20,000 nt of DNA from the IMG/VR virus record IMGVR_UViG_3300021185_002094; one strand, 5' to 3'. The notes beneath the pieces were generated by a model. The model had not been told where the DNA came from. It ran no database searches and saw only the letters and a program-made list of their open reading frames with translations. This document shows, in pieces, positions 1-6,951 of the stretch. Made by a program: the position numbers and the translations under genes. Positions within the stretch are counted from its first letter, which is position 1. Every line of letters begins with the position of its first letter. The DNA comes from an uncultured virus (IMG/VR IMGVR_UViG_3300021185_002094). Taxonomy: Duplodnaviria; Heunggongvirae; Uroviricota; Caudoviricetes.

Positions 1-1197
1 TTTTATATATTGAAAATATAGGATTCCATTTGTATTCAAAATGCTCGACATAATACAACCAGTCTGCCCACCAACTGTTCCTGATAAGCTTGTGCCAGTG
101 GCACTACCAATAGCACTAATCCCATTAAATCCATTACTAAAGTGATATTGGCCTGAATCATGGCCATTTGTGATAGTCGCGCCCATAATTGCTGATACTA
201 ATGGTGTTCTTGTCTTTCCATAAAACTCACTAAATTTTATTTCTCCACTTGTAGGTATACCTGTTGTATTATGAAAAGTACCAGCTTTATAATAATCACT
301 AAACTCAATTGGATCAGTATCTGTGTTGCCTGACATTTCTTCTGAAATGCCTGTATTAAGTGTTGAACTAGCACCTTGAGTAAGTTTAAATGTTTTACTA
401 CCTGTTGTTCCTATGGCTGATAAATCTGAATCAGTAACATCAGCTCCAGACCATAACCAGGTTCTATAATAATGTGTACCAGATGAAACATTACTATCAT
501 TCGCCGCATTAGAAGCTTGTGATGTAGTAACTGATGCATCAGTTCTTAAAAATTCTTGGCCATTAATAATTACGCTATAAAAAGAATCATTACTATCTGG
601 TGGAGATGCACTAGTATTTTTCAATAATAACATTATCCAATTTCCTTCTCCTTGTGTATTTAATACTGTACCATTAGGATAGGTATTTGAACTATTATTA
701 AACCAACCAAAGTTATGAACTTCTAATGTCCCTACTGATCCACCACCAGTATATGACTGAGTTGATATACTTCCTAATGAGTTTTCATCTGTACCTAAGC
801 TAATACCTACAACACCCTTAGCCGTCCACCATGTTCCTCCGAGGCCACCTGCAGGTGTATTACCAAACCAACCAATATCATCCATGAATCCTGAACCAAG
901 GACTGCACCACTTGAAAAATTTACCGAAGGATTAGTATCATCAAATCCTCTAGCCAATCTATTGGTTCCATTATACTCAGTAGTTTGTGATGTTTTATAT
1001 CCGTATATAGTTCCTGTTAAAGTGTTAAACGCGGTATAAAAGACATCTGAATTTTCTTGTGTACGTGTAAATCCTTTTACTTGCAATGATGTACTTGCTG
1101 ACGTAATTGTTGTGTCTAAATAAAAGGTTTGGCCTGAAGGATTAGTATCGCCTGTACCTTTTAGTAATATTTGACTTCCTGATGATACTAGTGCCAT
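1..1197 (-). CDS. Partial (runs off left edge) Gly/Ser/Thr-rich virion protein, tail fibre/adhesin-like
   Basis: Not in ORF track. Hand-translated open frame of 399 codons from ATG at 1197, which overlaps the upstream stop (TAATG): MALVSSGSQILLKGTGDTNPS...ISEEMSGNTDTDPIEFSDYYKAG...GIPTSGEIKFSEFYGK... Composition and the IPTSGxIxFSxFYG motif are typical of phage tail/adhesin proteins. Confidence 0.8.
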   Translation of the reverse strand, partial: MALVSSGSQILLKGTGDTNPSGQTFYLDTTITSASTSLQVKGFTRTQENSDVFYTAFNTLTGTIYGYKTSQTTEYNGTNRLARGFDDTNPSVNFSSGAVLGSGFMDDIGWFGNTPAGGLGGTWWTAKGVVGISLGTDENSLGSISTQSYTGGGSVGTLEVHNFGWFNNSSNTYPNGTVLNTQGEGNWIMLLLKNTSASPPDSNDSFYSVIINGQEFLRTDASVTTSQASNAANDSNVSSGTHYYRTWLWSGADVTDSDLSAIGTTGSKTFKLTQGASSTLNTGISEEMSGNTDTDPIEFSDYYKAGTFHNTTGIPTSGEIKFSEFYGKTRTPLVSAIMGATITNGHDSGQYHFSNGFNGISAIGSATGTSLSGTVGGQTGCIMSSILNTNGILYFQYIK

Positions 1198-1463
1198 TAC
1201 TTAATTATCCCCGATATTAAATCTTCAAACTGCTCGATCTTCTCAACTCTATTTGGCCATAATATATATTCTTTGTCTGGATTCTTCTTTAAGTTGCTTA
1301 GAAGTGGCAGAATGCTGTTATATAATTTGTTAAGTTTATCTTCTAATTCCTGTACATTAGCAGACGCAGTAGAAGCCTGAGTTTTTACACTCTGTACTGC
1401 TTCTAATTCATCTTCATCTACTGCAGTAAACCCGAAGTCAAAGTCTAATAAATCATTACTCAT
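1197..1463 (-). CDS. Conserved phage hypothetical protein (acidic N-terminus, coiled coil)
   Basis: 88 aa, coupled by overlaps at both ends. The DFDFGFTAVDEDEL...LKKNPDKEYILWPNR pattern is recalled from marine T4-like phages. Confidence 0.75.
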   Translation of the reverse strand: MSNDLLDFDFGFTAVDEDELEAVQSVKTQASTASANVQELEDKLNKLYNSILPLLSNLKKNPDKEYILWPNRVEKIEQFEDLISGIIK

Positions 1464-1636
1464 ATTTGTTCCTCTATTAAACTATTTATAAGGTTTTTAT
1501 TCTCTTTTCTTTTATTTTGTTTCTTTTTATTTGGTATAACTTTATGGTTAAATGGCAGGTTACTATCCCATAAAACTTTATGGTATCTAGTTTTTAATCT
1601 TTTTGATTTTTGTGGCCGTCTTACTTTCTTCGCCAT
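1460..1636 (-). CDS. Small basic protein, possible ArfA-like (alternative ribosome rescue factor) fold
   Basis: Start reassigned to ATG 1636 (AAGGAAAG upstream). 58 aa MAKKVRRPQKSKRLKTRYHKVLWDSNLPFNHKVIPNKKKQNKRKENK... The gene call is fairly firm; the function is an inference. Confidence 0.55.
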   Translation of the reverse strand: MAKKVRRPQKSKRLKTRYHKVLWDSNLPFNHKVIPNKKKQNKRKENKNLINSLIEEQI

Positions 1637-1739
1637 CTTTCTTTCCTTTATTAAAGATTCTATCCCAGTTATCGTTATATTTATCACGATCGGTAGGTCT
1701 TGTTTTAGATCCTTTACCTCCGTGCCATTGTTTAGTCAA
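1587..1739 (-). CDS. Small hypothetical protein (GGKGSxxRP...NWDRIF type)
   Basis: Not in ORF track. TTG start at 1739 with GGAG 8 nt upstream. 50 aa MTKQWHGGKGSKTRPTDRDKYNDNWDRIFNKGKKDGEESKTATKIKKIKN. Fills the gap between neighbours. Confidence 0.75.
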   Translation of the reverse strand: MTKQWHGGKGSKTRPTDRDKYNDNWDRIFNKGKKDGEESKTATKIKKIKN

Positions 1740-1983
1740 AGATATTACTCCACTTTTTCAATTTGTTTCTCTTAACTTCCATTCTTTCTTGTATCTGTTC
1801 TTCTGTAACAAATCCATATTGTTTTAGAACTTCTATCATTAGAGCAAGATCTCCGATTTCATCCCTAAGGTTTTCTAAAAAATTTTCTTTTAATCCGTCT
1901 GTTCTAATTACTTTACTACAGGCTTGAGTAAGTTCTCCGCACTCTTCCATAGTAATTACTAATACTTCTTCTAATCTTTCCAT
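1732..1983 (-). CDS. MazG-like nucleoside triphosphate pyrophosphohydrolase
   Basis: 83 aa all-alpha protein with EECGEL...DEIGDL acidic metal-binding motifs of the MazG/all-alpha NTP-PPase superfamily. Confidence 0.8.
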   Translation of the reverse strand: MERLEEVLVITMEECGELTQACSKVIRTDGLKENFLENLRDEIGDLALMIEVLKQYGFVTEEQIQERMEVKRNKLKKWSNIFD

Positions 1984-1990
1984 TATATTT

Positions 1991-2161
1991 TTACCAATTG
2001 TGTATCACACCTGCCATAATAAAAAAGCAAGTTATAAAATTTACTACTACTATTATTGTTCTAATTAGTGCAATCTTATCGGCTTCACTATTAGTTTTTC
2101 CTAACTTTTCTCCTAAAGATAATGCCCATATTCTCCAAAACTTATTTCGCGCTCCAGACAA
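1991..2161 (-). CDS. Small membrane protein
   Basis: Not in ORF track. TTG start at 2161 with GAGGGG 6 nt upstream. 56 aa MSGARNKFWRIWALSLGEKLGKTNSEADKIALIRTIIVVVNFITCFFIMAGVIHNW with one C-terminal hydrophobic helix. Fills the gap. Confidence 0.75.
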   Translation of the reverse strand: MSGARNKFWRIWALSLGEKLGKTNSEADKIALIRTIIVVVNFITCFFIMAGVIHNW

Positions 2162-2345
2162 TTTTTACCCCTCGCCTAACTAATTCGTTTTGGCATTTTT
2201 GTTTAACTTTTGGCTTACCATTTGAACTATTGATATAATCAAATAATTCTTGCTTTGGCATAGTCTTCATGTAGAAGTTTTCTGTTTTATTCTTTCCCGT
2301 CTTTTTATCTCTTACTGTTTGAGATGGTTTAAATTTTACTGGCAT
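2142..2345 (-). CDS. Basic hypothetical protein
   Basis: 67 aa; TAATG coupling to the upstream HAD gene. Confidence 0.7.
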   Translation of the reverse strand: MPVKFKPSQTVRDKKTGKNKTENFYMKTMPKQELFDYINSSNGKPKVKQKCQNELVRRGVKIVWSAK

Positions 2346-2926
2346 TAATCATTCCCCACTATGTGTCTATAGATATCTTTCCATTTCCAATATCTTGGTA
2401 TATCACCCTTATAAAAAGCATTATGGTCATGAGCTACAAGGATAGAATTAAGACCAAACCTTGCACCTGTTTCTGCATTTTCTGGTTTATCTTCTACCCA
2501 GTAACAATTTGACCCTTGGTACTTTTTGAGCTCTTCATCTTTATCTGCACCACATGGTAAAAATATAAAATCGTCCCAGATTTCTTTACCAAATAGCAAT
2601 TCTAAATTTTGTATTCTTAGTTTCTGAGCATATTTATTTGTAGATAAAGATGTAATACAATGGAATTTATATCCGTGTAACATATTTAATCTTTTCATAT
2701 AATACACTGCATCTCTTAGAGGTGGTAAGAATGCAATTGCCGCAGACTCATTAAATTCTTCAACACACTTTTTACCAAACTCGGGTGTTATGTTAAATCT
2801 TTTTGCTACGTTATACTCGTTATACTTACTTGTAGGATATCCTTTATGGTTTATCCACTGAGTGAATGAATATTCCCAATCACAGAGAACACCATCGCAG
2901 TCTACTAAAACTATATTATCTTTCAT
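2345..2926 (-). CDS. HAD-superfamily hydrolase / 5'(3')-deoxyribonucleotidase-like (T4 gp30.2-like)
   Basis: Start reassigned to ATG 2926 (MKDNIVLVDCDGVL). Motif I DxDG, motif II ITS, conserved Lys, motif IV VEDK. Confidence 0.8.
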   Translation of the reverse strand: MKDNIVLVDCDGVLCDWEYSFTQWINHKGYPTSKYNEYNVAKRFNITPEFGKKCVEEFNESAAIAFLPPLRDAVYYMKRLNMLHGYKFHCITSLSTNKYAQKLRIQNLELLFGKEIWDDFIFLPCGADKDEELKKYQGSNCYWVEDKPENAETGARFGLNSILVAHDHNAFYKGDIPRYWKWKDIYRHIVGND

Positions 2927-2931
2927 GTTAC

Positions 2932-2939
2932 TATTTATA
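2932..2939 (-). promoter_or_regulatory. T4-type late promoter TATAAATA
   Basis: Exact gp55 consensus in a 14-nt intergenic gap, 5 nt upstream of ATG 2926. Confidence 0.65.
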
Positions 2940-2940
2940 A

Positions 2941-3171
2941 TCAATGGAACACCACTTCCTTTCCATCTATTACTAAACAAGAGATATGTAACTTGCCTAT
3001 AGGATTCATAAATCCAAAGTTAGGTAATGAGTTACACATTTTATCCCAGTCTCCGACATTCTTTGATAATGCCAATTCTACTAACTCGCTAGGTACTGGT
3101 ACTTCACATTCAGCATCATATTTAACCAATCCATTAATAATTGGATTTCCTTTTATAATAACTTTTTTCAT
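2941..3171 (-). CDS. Hypothetical protein, first gene after promoter
   Basis: 76 aa with a strong AAGGAG RBS. Confidence 0.75.
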   Translation of the reverse strand: MKKVIIKGNPIINGLVKYDAECEVPVPSELVELALSKNVGDWDKMCNSLPNFGFMNPIGKLHISCLVIDGKEVVFH

Positions 3172-3204
3172 AATTTAACTCCTTTTAACTAATTTTACTA
3201 TACT

Positions 3205-3233
3205 ATTATAATACACTTTTATACAAATGTAAA
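3205..3233 (-). promoter_or_regulatory. Sigma70-type early promoter
   Basis: TTTACA (3233-3228), 17 nt, TATAAT (3210-3205), with an A-tract upstream of -35. Confidence 0.8.
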
Positions 3234-3247
3234 GTGTTTTTTTAAAA

Positions 3248-3287
3248 TTTTACATAAATGTAACAAAGTTGTAACATAAATGTAACA
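3248..3287. repeat. Phased direct repeats TGTAACA x3 (11-bp period) plus one degenerate copy; OmpR/PhoB-type binding site candidate
   Basis: TGTAACA at 3259, 3270 and 3281; TTTTACA at 3248. Intergenic. Confidence 0.75.
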
Positions 3288-3293
3288 ATAGGT

Positions 3294-3491
3294 TTAGTTA
3301 AAGTGTTTATTAATTGTTTCTAGCTTATCTTCTGCCTCTGCGATCTTTGAGATCTGGGTTTCAATAGCTTCTACTACATCTGGATGTTCTCCAATACCCG
3401 CAGCATTTCTAGTATATACCATTACGTTTGCTTTGGCTACTTCAATTTCACCTTCTAGTTTTGCTTTAAGAGCTACTAATAAATAATTCAT
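3294..3491 (-). CDS. Conserved phage hypothetical protein
   Basis: Start reassigned to ATG 3491 (ATGA overlap with peroxiredoxin stop). MNYLLVALKAKLEGEIEVAKANV...GIGEHPDVVEAIE, a pattern recalled from cyanophage-type hypotheticals. Confidence 0.75.
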   Translation of the reverse strand: MNYLLVALKAKLEGEIEVAKANVMVYTRNAAGIGEHPDVVEAIETQISKIAEAEDKLETINKHFN

Positions 3492-4015
3492 GCTACAAAA
3501 TCCTCCCCTGGATTCCAACTACAACCAGTAAGACCACCTGCCTTTAGTGCTTGTAAAGTTCTTAATACTTCATCAGCATTTCTACCAGTATCTAATGCAT
3601 TAACTGATACATGCTGAATTACTCTATTTTTATCCATGATAAAAGTTGCCCTATAACAAACCCCTTCCTCTGCATTAACAATTCCTAACTGAGAAGATAA
3701 ATCTAATCCACAATCTGCCGCTAGGGTATGTTGAATATTTCCAATGAGTTCATTAGATTGTTTCCAAGCTAGTTTACAGAATTCATTATCTCCTGAAATA
3801 CCAATTACGTTTGCCTCATCTACTAATTTATCCATTCCAGCAATTTCTGTGGGACAAATAAAGGTGAAGTCTTTTGGATAAAAGTAAATTACTGACCAAT
3901 CATGCTTTAATGGTTGATAATTTTCTTCTACTTTTACATTTACAAGCTGATTGTCTTTATCTACACCTTGTAAATTAAATGGTGGGAATTCATTCCCTAC
4001 TCCTAATATATACAT
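3488..4015 (-). CDS. ahpC: Peroxiredoxin (AhpC/TSA family)
   Basis: FYPKDFTFICPTE peroxidatic motif, RATFI, GRNADEVLR, C-terminal GCSW. Start at ATG 4015 after AGGAGG. Confidence 0.92.
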   Translation of the reverse strand: MYILGVGNEFPPFNLQGVDKDNQLVNVKVEENYQPLKHDWSVIYFYPKDFTFICPTEIAGMDKLVDEANVIGISGDNEFCKLAWKQSNELIGNIQHTLAADCGLDLSSQLGIVNAEEGVCYRATFIMDKNRVIQHVSVNALDTGRNADEVLRTLQALKAGGLTGCSWNPGEDFVA

Positions 4016-4025
4016 TTTTTTCCTC

Positions 4026-4718
4026 CTATTTTCCGAATACATTTTCCATGCGTTTTTCTTTTTGATACTGTTTAATAGTATCCCATAATTTATCAGTCCA
4101 GTTATCTCTGTGCTCGATAAAAACTTGTGGGTCCTCATTATCTACTGCAATCATAATTACAAGTTGAGTAATTGGCATCCCTGTTCTTTCTTCCCACATA
4201 ATTGCATACGCTGCACATTGTAAGAAGTAACCAGTAATCCATTCTTTCTTTTTAGGCTTACGTGATGTTTTATAATCAATGATAGAGTTTACCCCATTCC
4301 ATACACCAACACAGTCTACTCTACCAGCTAGTTCTAAGTGTTGTGAATATAAAGGTGCCTCTTGAGAATAAACTTTATTTAGGTTATTATCTAATATAGA
4401 TTTTACATCTTGAAAGGATTGGATAATATGTGGCATATAACCTTCGGTATAGTTCGGGTCATTATCTACATACTTTTCAAGTATTGCGTGGACGGCTGTA
4501 CCTCTGCTAGAGGCAACTCTACTAATCTTGTTTGCCTCTTCTTCACCTACTCGCGCTCTCCACGCTTGTATGTGCTCTCTACTTAATATAGAAAGTACAG
4601 TTGTAACACTGGGGTACTGTTTACCGTCCGGCGTCTTATATACCCTTCCTTTCCCTTCGGAAGTGGTCGCTTTTAAATCTTCATAACCTAAGTCAATTGG
4701 TTCATGTATAAAGTTCAT
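4026..4718 (-). CDS. PD-(D/E)XK exonuclease (T4-like phage 'exonuclease', Cas4/RecB-like fold)
   Basis: YPSVTTVL, RGTAVH, AGRVDC, IIDYKTS, YFLQxxAYA motifs. Confidence 0.88.
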   Translation of the reverse strand: MNFIHEPIDLGYEDLKATTSEGKGRVYKTPDGKQYPSVTTVLSILSREHIQAWRARVGEEEANKISRVASSRGTAVHAILEKYVDNDPNYTEGYMPHIIQSFQDVKSILDNNLNKVYSQEAPLYSQHLELAGRVDCVGVWNGVNSIIDYKTSRKPKKKEWITGYFLQCAAYAIMWEERTGMPITQLVIMIAVDNEDPQVFIEHRDNWTDKLWDTIKQYQKEKRMENVFGK

Positions 4719-5410
4719 AATTTTCCTTGATCGACCAAATCTTTGGTCATTAAGAAATCTCTAACTAAGCCTGATCTTACAATGTCTTCCCATGTAAAAT
4801 CAATAATGTCAAAGTATTTCATGTGTTTAAGAATATATAGAAAGCCATTTAAACCTTCTTTATCTTTCTCCGTTCTAAAGTCTGATTGATAATGATCTCC
4901 ACATACTACTAACTTTGTATTGTTACCAAGTCTTGTAATAATGGAACATAATTCGTGGTAGTTACAGTTCTGAGCCTCATCAATTATAACAATTGCATTC
5001 TGAATAGTTAAGCCTCTTATATAAGATGTAGTAAGATATTCTATTGCTTTATTATTAATTAACTTATCCCATGCTCCTGTTTCTTCAAAGAGTTCATCAA
5101 CGATAGCTTTATATGGTGCCTTATAAGCTTCTTCTTTCTCTTCCTGAGTCCCAGGTAAGAAGCCCATATCCCTAGTAGGTACTGCTGATCTTACATATAT
5201 AATTTTTTCATAGGCATTAGATTTATCTAATACTTCTTCTAATGCAAGATAAGATGCAATAAATGTTTTACCTGTTCCTGCAGCACCTATGAGTGCCAGA
5301 TGTTGACCTGACTTATATGATTGAAAGGCCTCTTTTTGATTTGCAGTAAGAGGTTCTCTTGTATGTAGATGTTCCAGTCGCAATTTATTTGGCCTAAATT
5401 GTGTACTCAT
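4715..5410 (-). CDS. phoH: PhoH-family ATPase
   Basis: GAAGTGKT Walker A, GFLPG, RGLT, IIDEAQN, TRLG, GDxxQSD. Confidence 0.95.
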   Translation of the reverse strand: MSTQFRPNKLRLEHLHTREPLTANQKEAFQSYKSGQHLALIGAAGTGKTFIASYLALEEVLDKSNAYEKIIYVRSAVPTRDMGFLPGTQEEKEEAYKAPYKAIVDELFEETGAWDKLINNKAIEYLTTSYIRGLTIQNAIVIIDEAQNCNYHELCSIITRLGNNTKLVVCGDHYQSDFRTEKDKEGLNGFLYILKHMKYFDIIDFTWEDIVRSGLVRDFLMTKDLVDQGKL

Positions 5411-5655
5411 TTAGTTCGAATCCTATGTTTATCTTTGGGCGGCATACCCGATTTAATTCTATCCTGTACTTCTTTCCAGCCATCTCCTGCTTTAGAAAGT
5501 GCACCTTGTGTTCCCTTACTGCCAAGTTTAGGTGCTGTTAAGATAACTCTTTTAAGTTCTGGATTTTCTTTTAAGAAATCATCATACTCCGATAAAGAGA
5601 TATTGAGTTCTTTTACTTCTCCAGTCTTTATATTTTCAAAATCATATAGAGGCAT
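5407..5655 (-). CDS. FmdB-like small protein (Cys-less)
   Basis: Start reassigned to ATG 5655. MPLYDFENIKTGEVKE...DGWKEV is typical of the FmdB-like gene found before phoH in T4-like phages. Confidence 0.7.
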   Translation of the reverse strand: MPLYDFENIKTGEVKELNISLSEYDDFLKENPELKRVILTAPKLGSKGTQGALSKAGDGWKEVQDRIKSGMPPKDKHRIRTK

Positions 5656-6199
5656 AATTAAACCACCCCGGCACTTGTCTTTTAGTCCATTCCATTTTGA
5701 ATCTCTCTTGTTTTGTTTTGTAAAATGCACGGTAAGATTTTACTGGATCTTCAAACATACATTCTGGATTAGAACCCATGGCCAATTTAAATGGTGTATA
5801 ATCTGCCATAGGAATATTTTTTGGTAGTAGTCCTAGCTCTAGGCCTAGTAACTCTTCTGTTTTGTGTATCTTACCATATCGGTAAGTATATTCTCTACAT
5901 AAGGCCACAAAGTGTTCGTAATGCCATCTGTAGTTGGAAGAGGATTCTCTAGTCCAAACAGTGCATGGATGGTTCATATGTACTGCCTTGTACAATAGAT
6001 TTTCTCGGTAACCATCTAGTTTCCAATACTTTACGTTTGTCTTACCTGACTTAGACTTTCTTGTTTCTATAGTACCATCAAGCATTCTGTGCACTGTAGA
6101 TAACATCTGTGCTGATTCTACAATCATCTTGACCACGTGTTTATCGCACTGATCTTGTGCTGCTTTGATAGGGTCTTCGTTTAAAATAAATATATTCAT
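5642..6199 (-). CDS. Pyrimidine dimer DNA glycosylase-family protein
   Basis: MNIFILxxDP...DKHVVKMIVESAQMLST...HMNHPCTVW...EYTYRYGKIH signature. Confidence 0.8.
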   Translation of the reverse strand: MNIFILNEDPIKAAQDQCDKHVVKMIVESAQMLSTVHRMLDGTIETRKSKSGKTNVKYWKLDGYRENLLYKAVHMNHPCTVWTRESSSNYRWHYEHFVALCREYTYRYGKIHKTEELLGLELGLLPKNIPMADYTPFKLAMGSNPECMFEDPVKSYRAFYKTKQERFKMEWTKRQVPGWFNYASI

Positions 6200-6237
6200 A
6201 GTATAATTTGGTTTACTTTCTTCTTTATATGAGTACT

Positions 6238-6266
6238 ATTATACTACATATCCGATAAAAAGTAAA
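6238..6266 (-). promoter_or_regulatory. Sigma70-type early promoter
   Basis: TTTACT, 17 nt, TATAAT, preceded by TGTAG. Confidence 0.75.
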
Positions 6267-6298
6267 CCCCTTTTTAAAATTAATTTCGCAAAGGGGGT
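6256..6298 (-). terminator. Possible intrinsic terminator overlapping the promoter -35
   Basis: Minus strand CCCCTTT...AAAGGGG inverted repeat followed by TTTACTTTTT. The loop is long for a terminator. Confidence 0.4.
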
Positions 6299-6317
6299 CA
6301 CTTCATTAACCTCCTAC

Positions 6318-6476
6318 TTAACTGGCTTGCTGCATAAATCGAATTGTTTCTGTTATATAATCTGCTTTCTTTTGCATCTTATATGCTAGATCCGATTTAC
6401 CCTTCTTTAATAATCTCTTCTGATAGTATAATGTCTCTCGCTTATCTCGCTTTAGACGTTCAATTTCTTTACTCAT
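6318..6476 (-). CDS. Small basic hypothetical protein
   Basis: Start reassigned to ATG 6476 after AAGGAG. 52 aa MSKEIERLKRDKRETLYYQ... Confidence 0.75.
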   Translation of the reverse strand: MSKEIERLKRDKRETLYYQKRLLKKGKSDLAYKMQKKADYITETIRFMQQAS

Positions 6477-6525
6477 AAACAGCTCCTTTAAATAAGTTGA
6501 AATTAAAACCATCATATAGAACACT

Positions 6526-6951
6526 CTACTTTGTTATCAAACCAGGAAACGTGTCCTGACAAAGTTTCTTCGTGACGCCAGTATATTTCATTTTCTTGTC
6601 TTTCGCTAATACCAACAATTTAGCTTCTGAAGCATGTAATGACTCCAATAGCTTAATGAACATTGATTCTCTTTTGATAGGGTTAACACCTCTACCGGTT
6701 GGGCCATTAAAGAAAAATTTAAAACTTCTATATTTCTTATGTAACCTGACCATTTCTTTTCCGATAGGTGCATCGTCTGCTTTATAAGGAGGAGCTCCTT
6801 TAGGTAACAAACACACGATAGAATCATCATAATTGATTCTTATAATATCCCTTAATGCGGGACTTTCATTTTGCCTAAGAAAGGCAATTCTTTCTTTTTT
6901 AGTTTTTAGTTTACTTGCTTTTTCAAACACTTCACTTAATAATAATTTCAT
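6526..6951 (-). CDS. Conserved T4-like hypothetical protein downstream of RNase H (recalled as DUF6433-like)
   Basis: MKLLLSEV...LPKGAPPY...KRESMFIKLLESLH..EA pattern and synteny with rnh. Confidence 0.7.
   Translation of the reverse strand: MKLLLSEVFEKASKLKTKKERIAFLRQNESPALRDIIRINYDDSIVCLLPKGAPPYKADDAPIGKEMVRLHKKYRSFKFFFNGPTGRGVNPIKRESMFIKLLESLHASEAKLLVLAKDKKMKYTGVTKKLCQDTFPGLITK

Noticed and set aside
3248..3290. TGTAACA repeats as a mini CRISPR array
   Set aside because: Units are 7 bp with 4-bp spacers, far too short.
4016..4138. N-terminal extensions in the ORF track (peroxiredoxin; likewise HAD, FmdB-like, lipase, glutaredoxin)
   Set aside because: They overlap upstream genes; downstream starts with SD or coupling match family N-termini better.
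4026..4718. Cas4-like nuclease as a sign of a CRISPR system
   Set aside because: No Fe-S cysteine set, no cas genes and no array; this is the common T4-like phage exonuclease.
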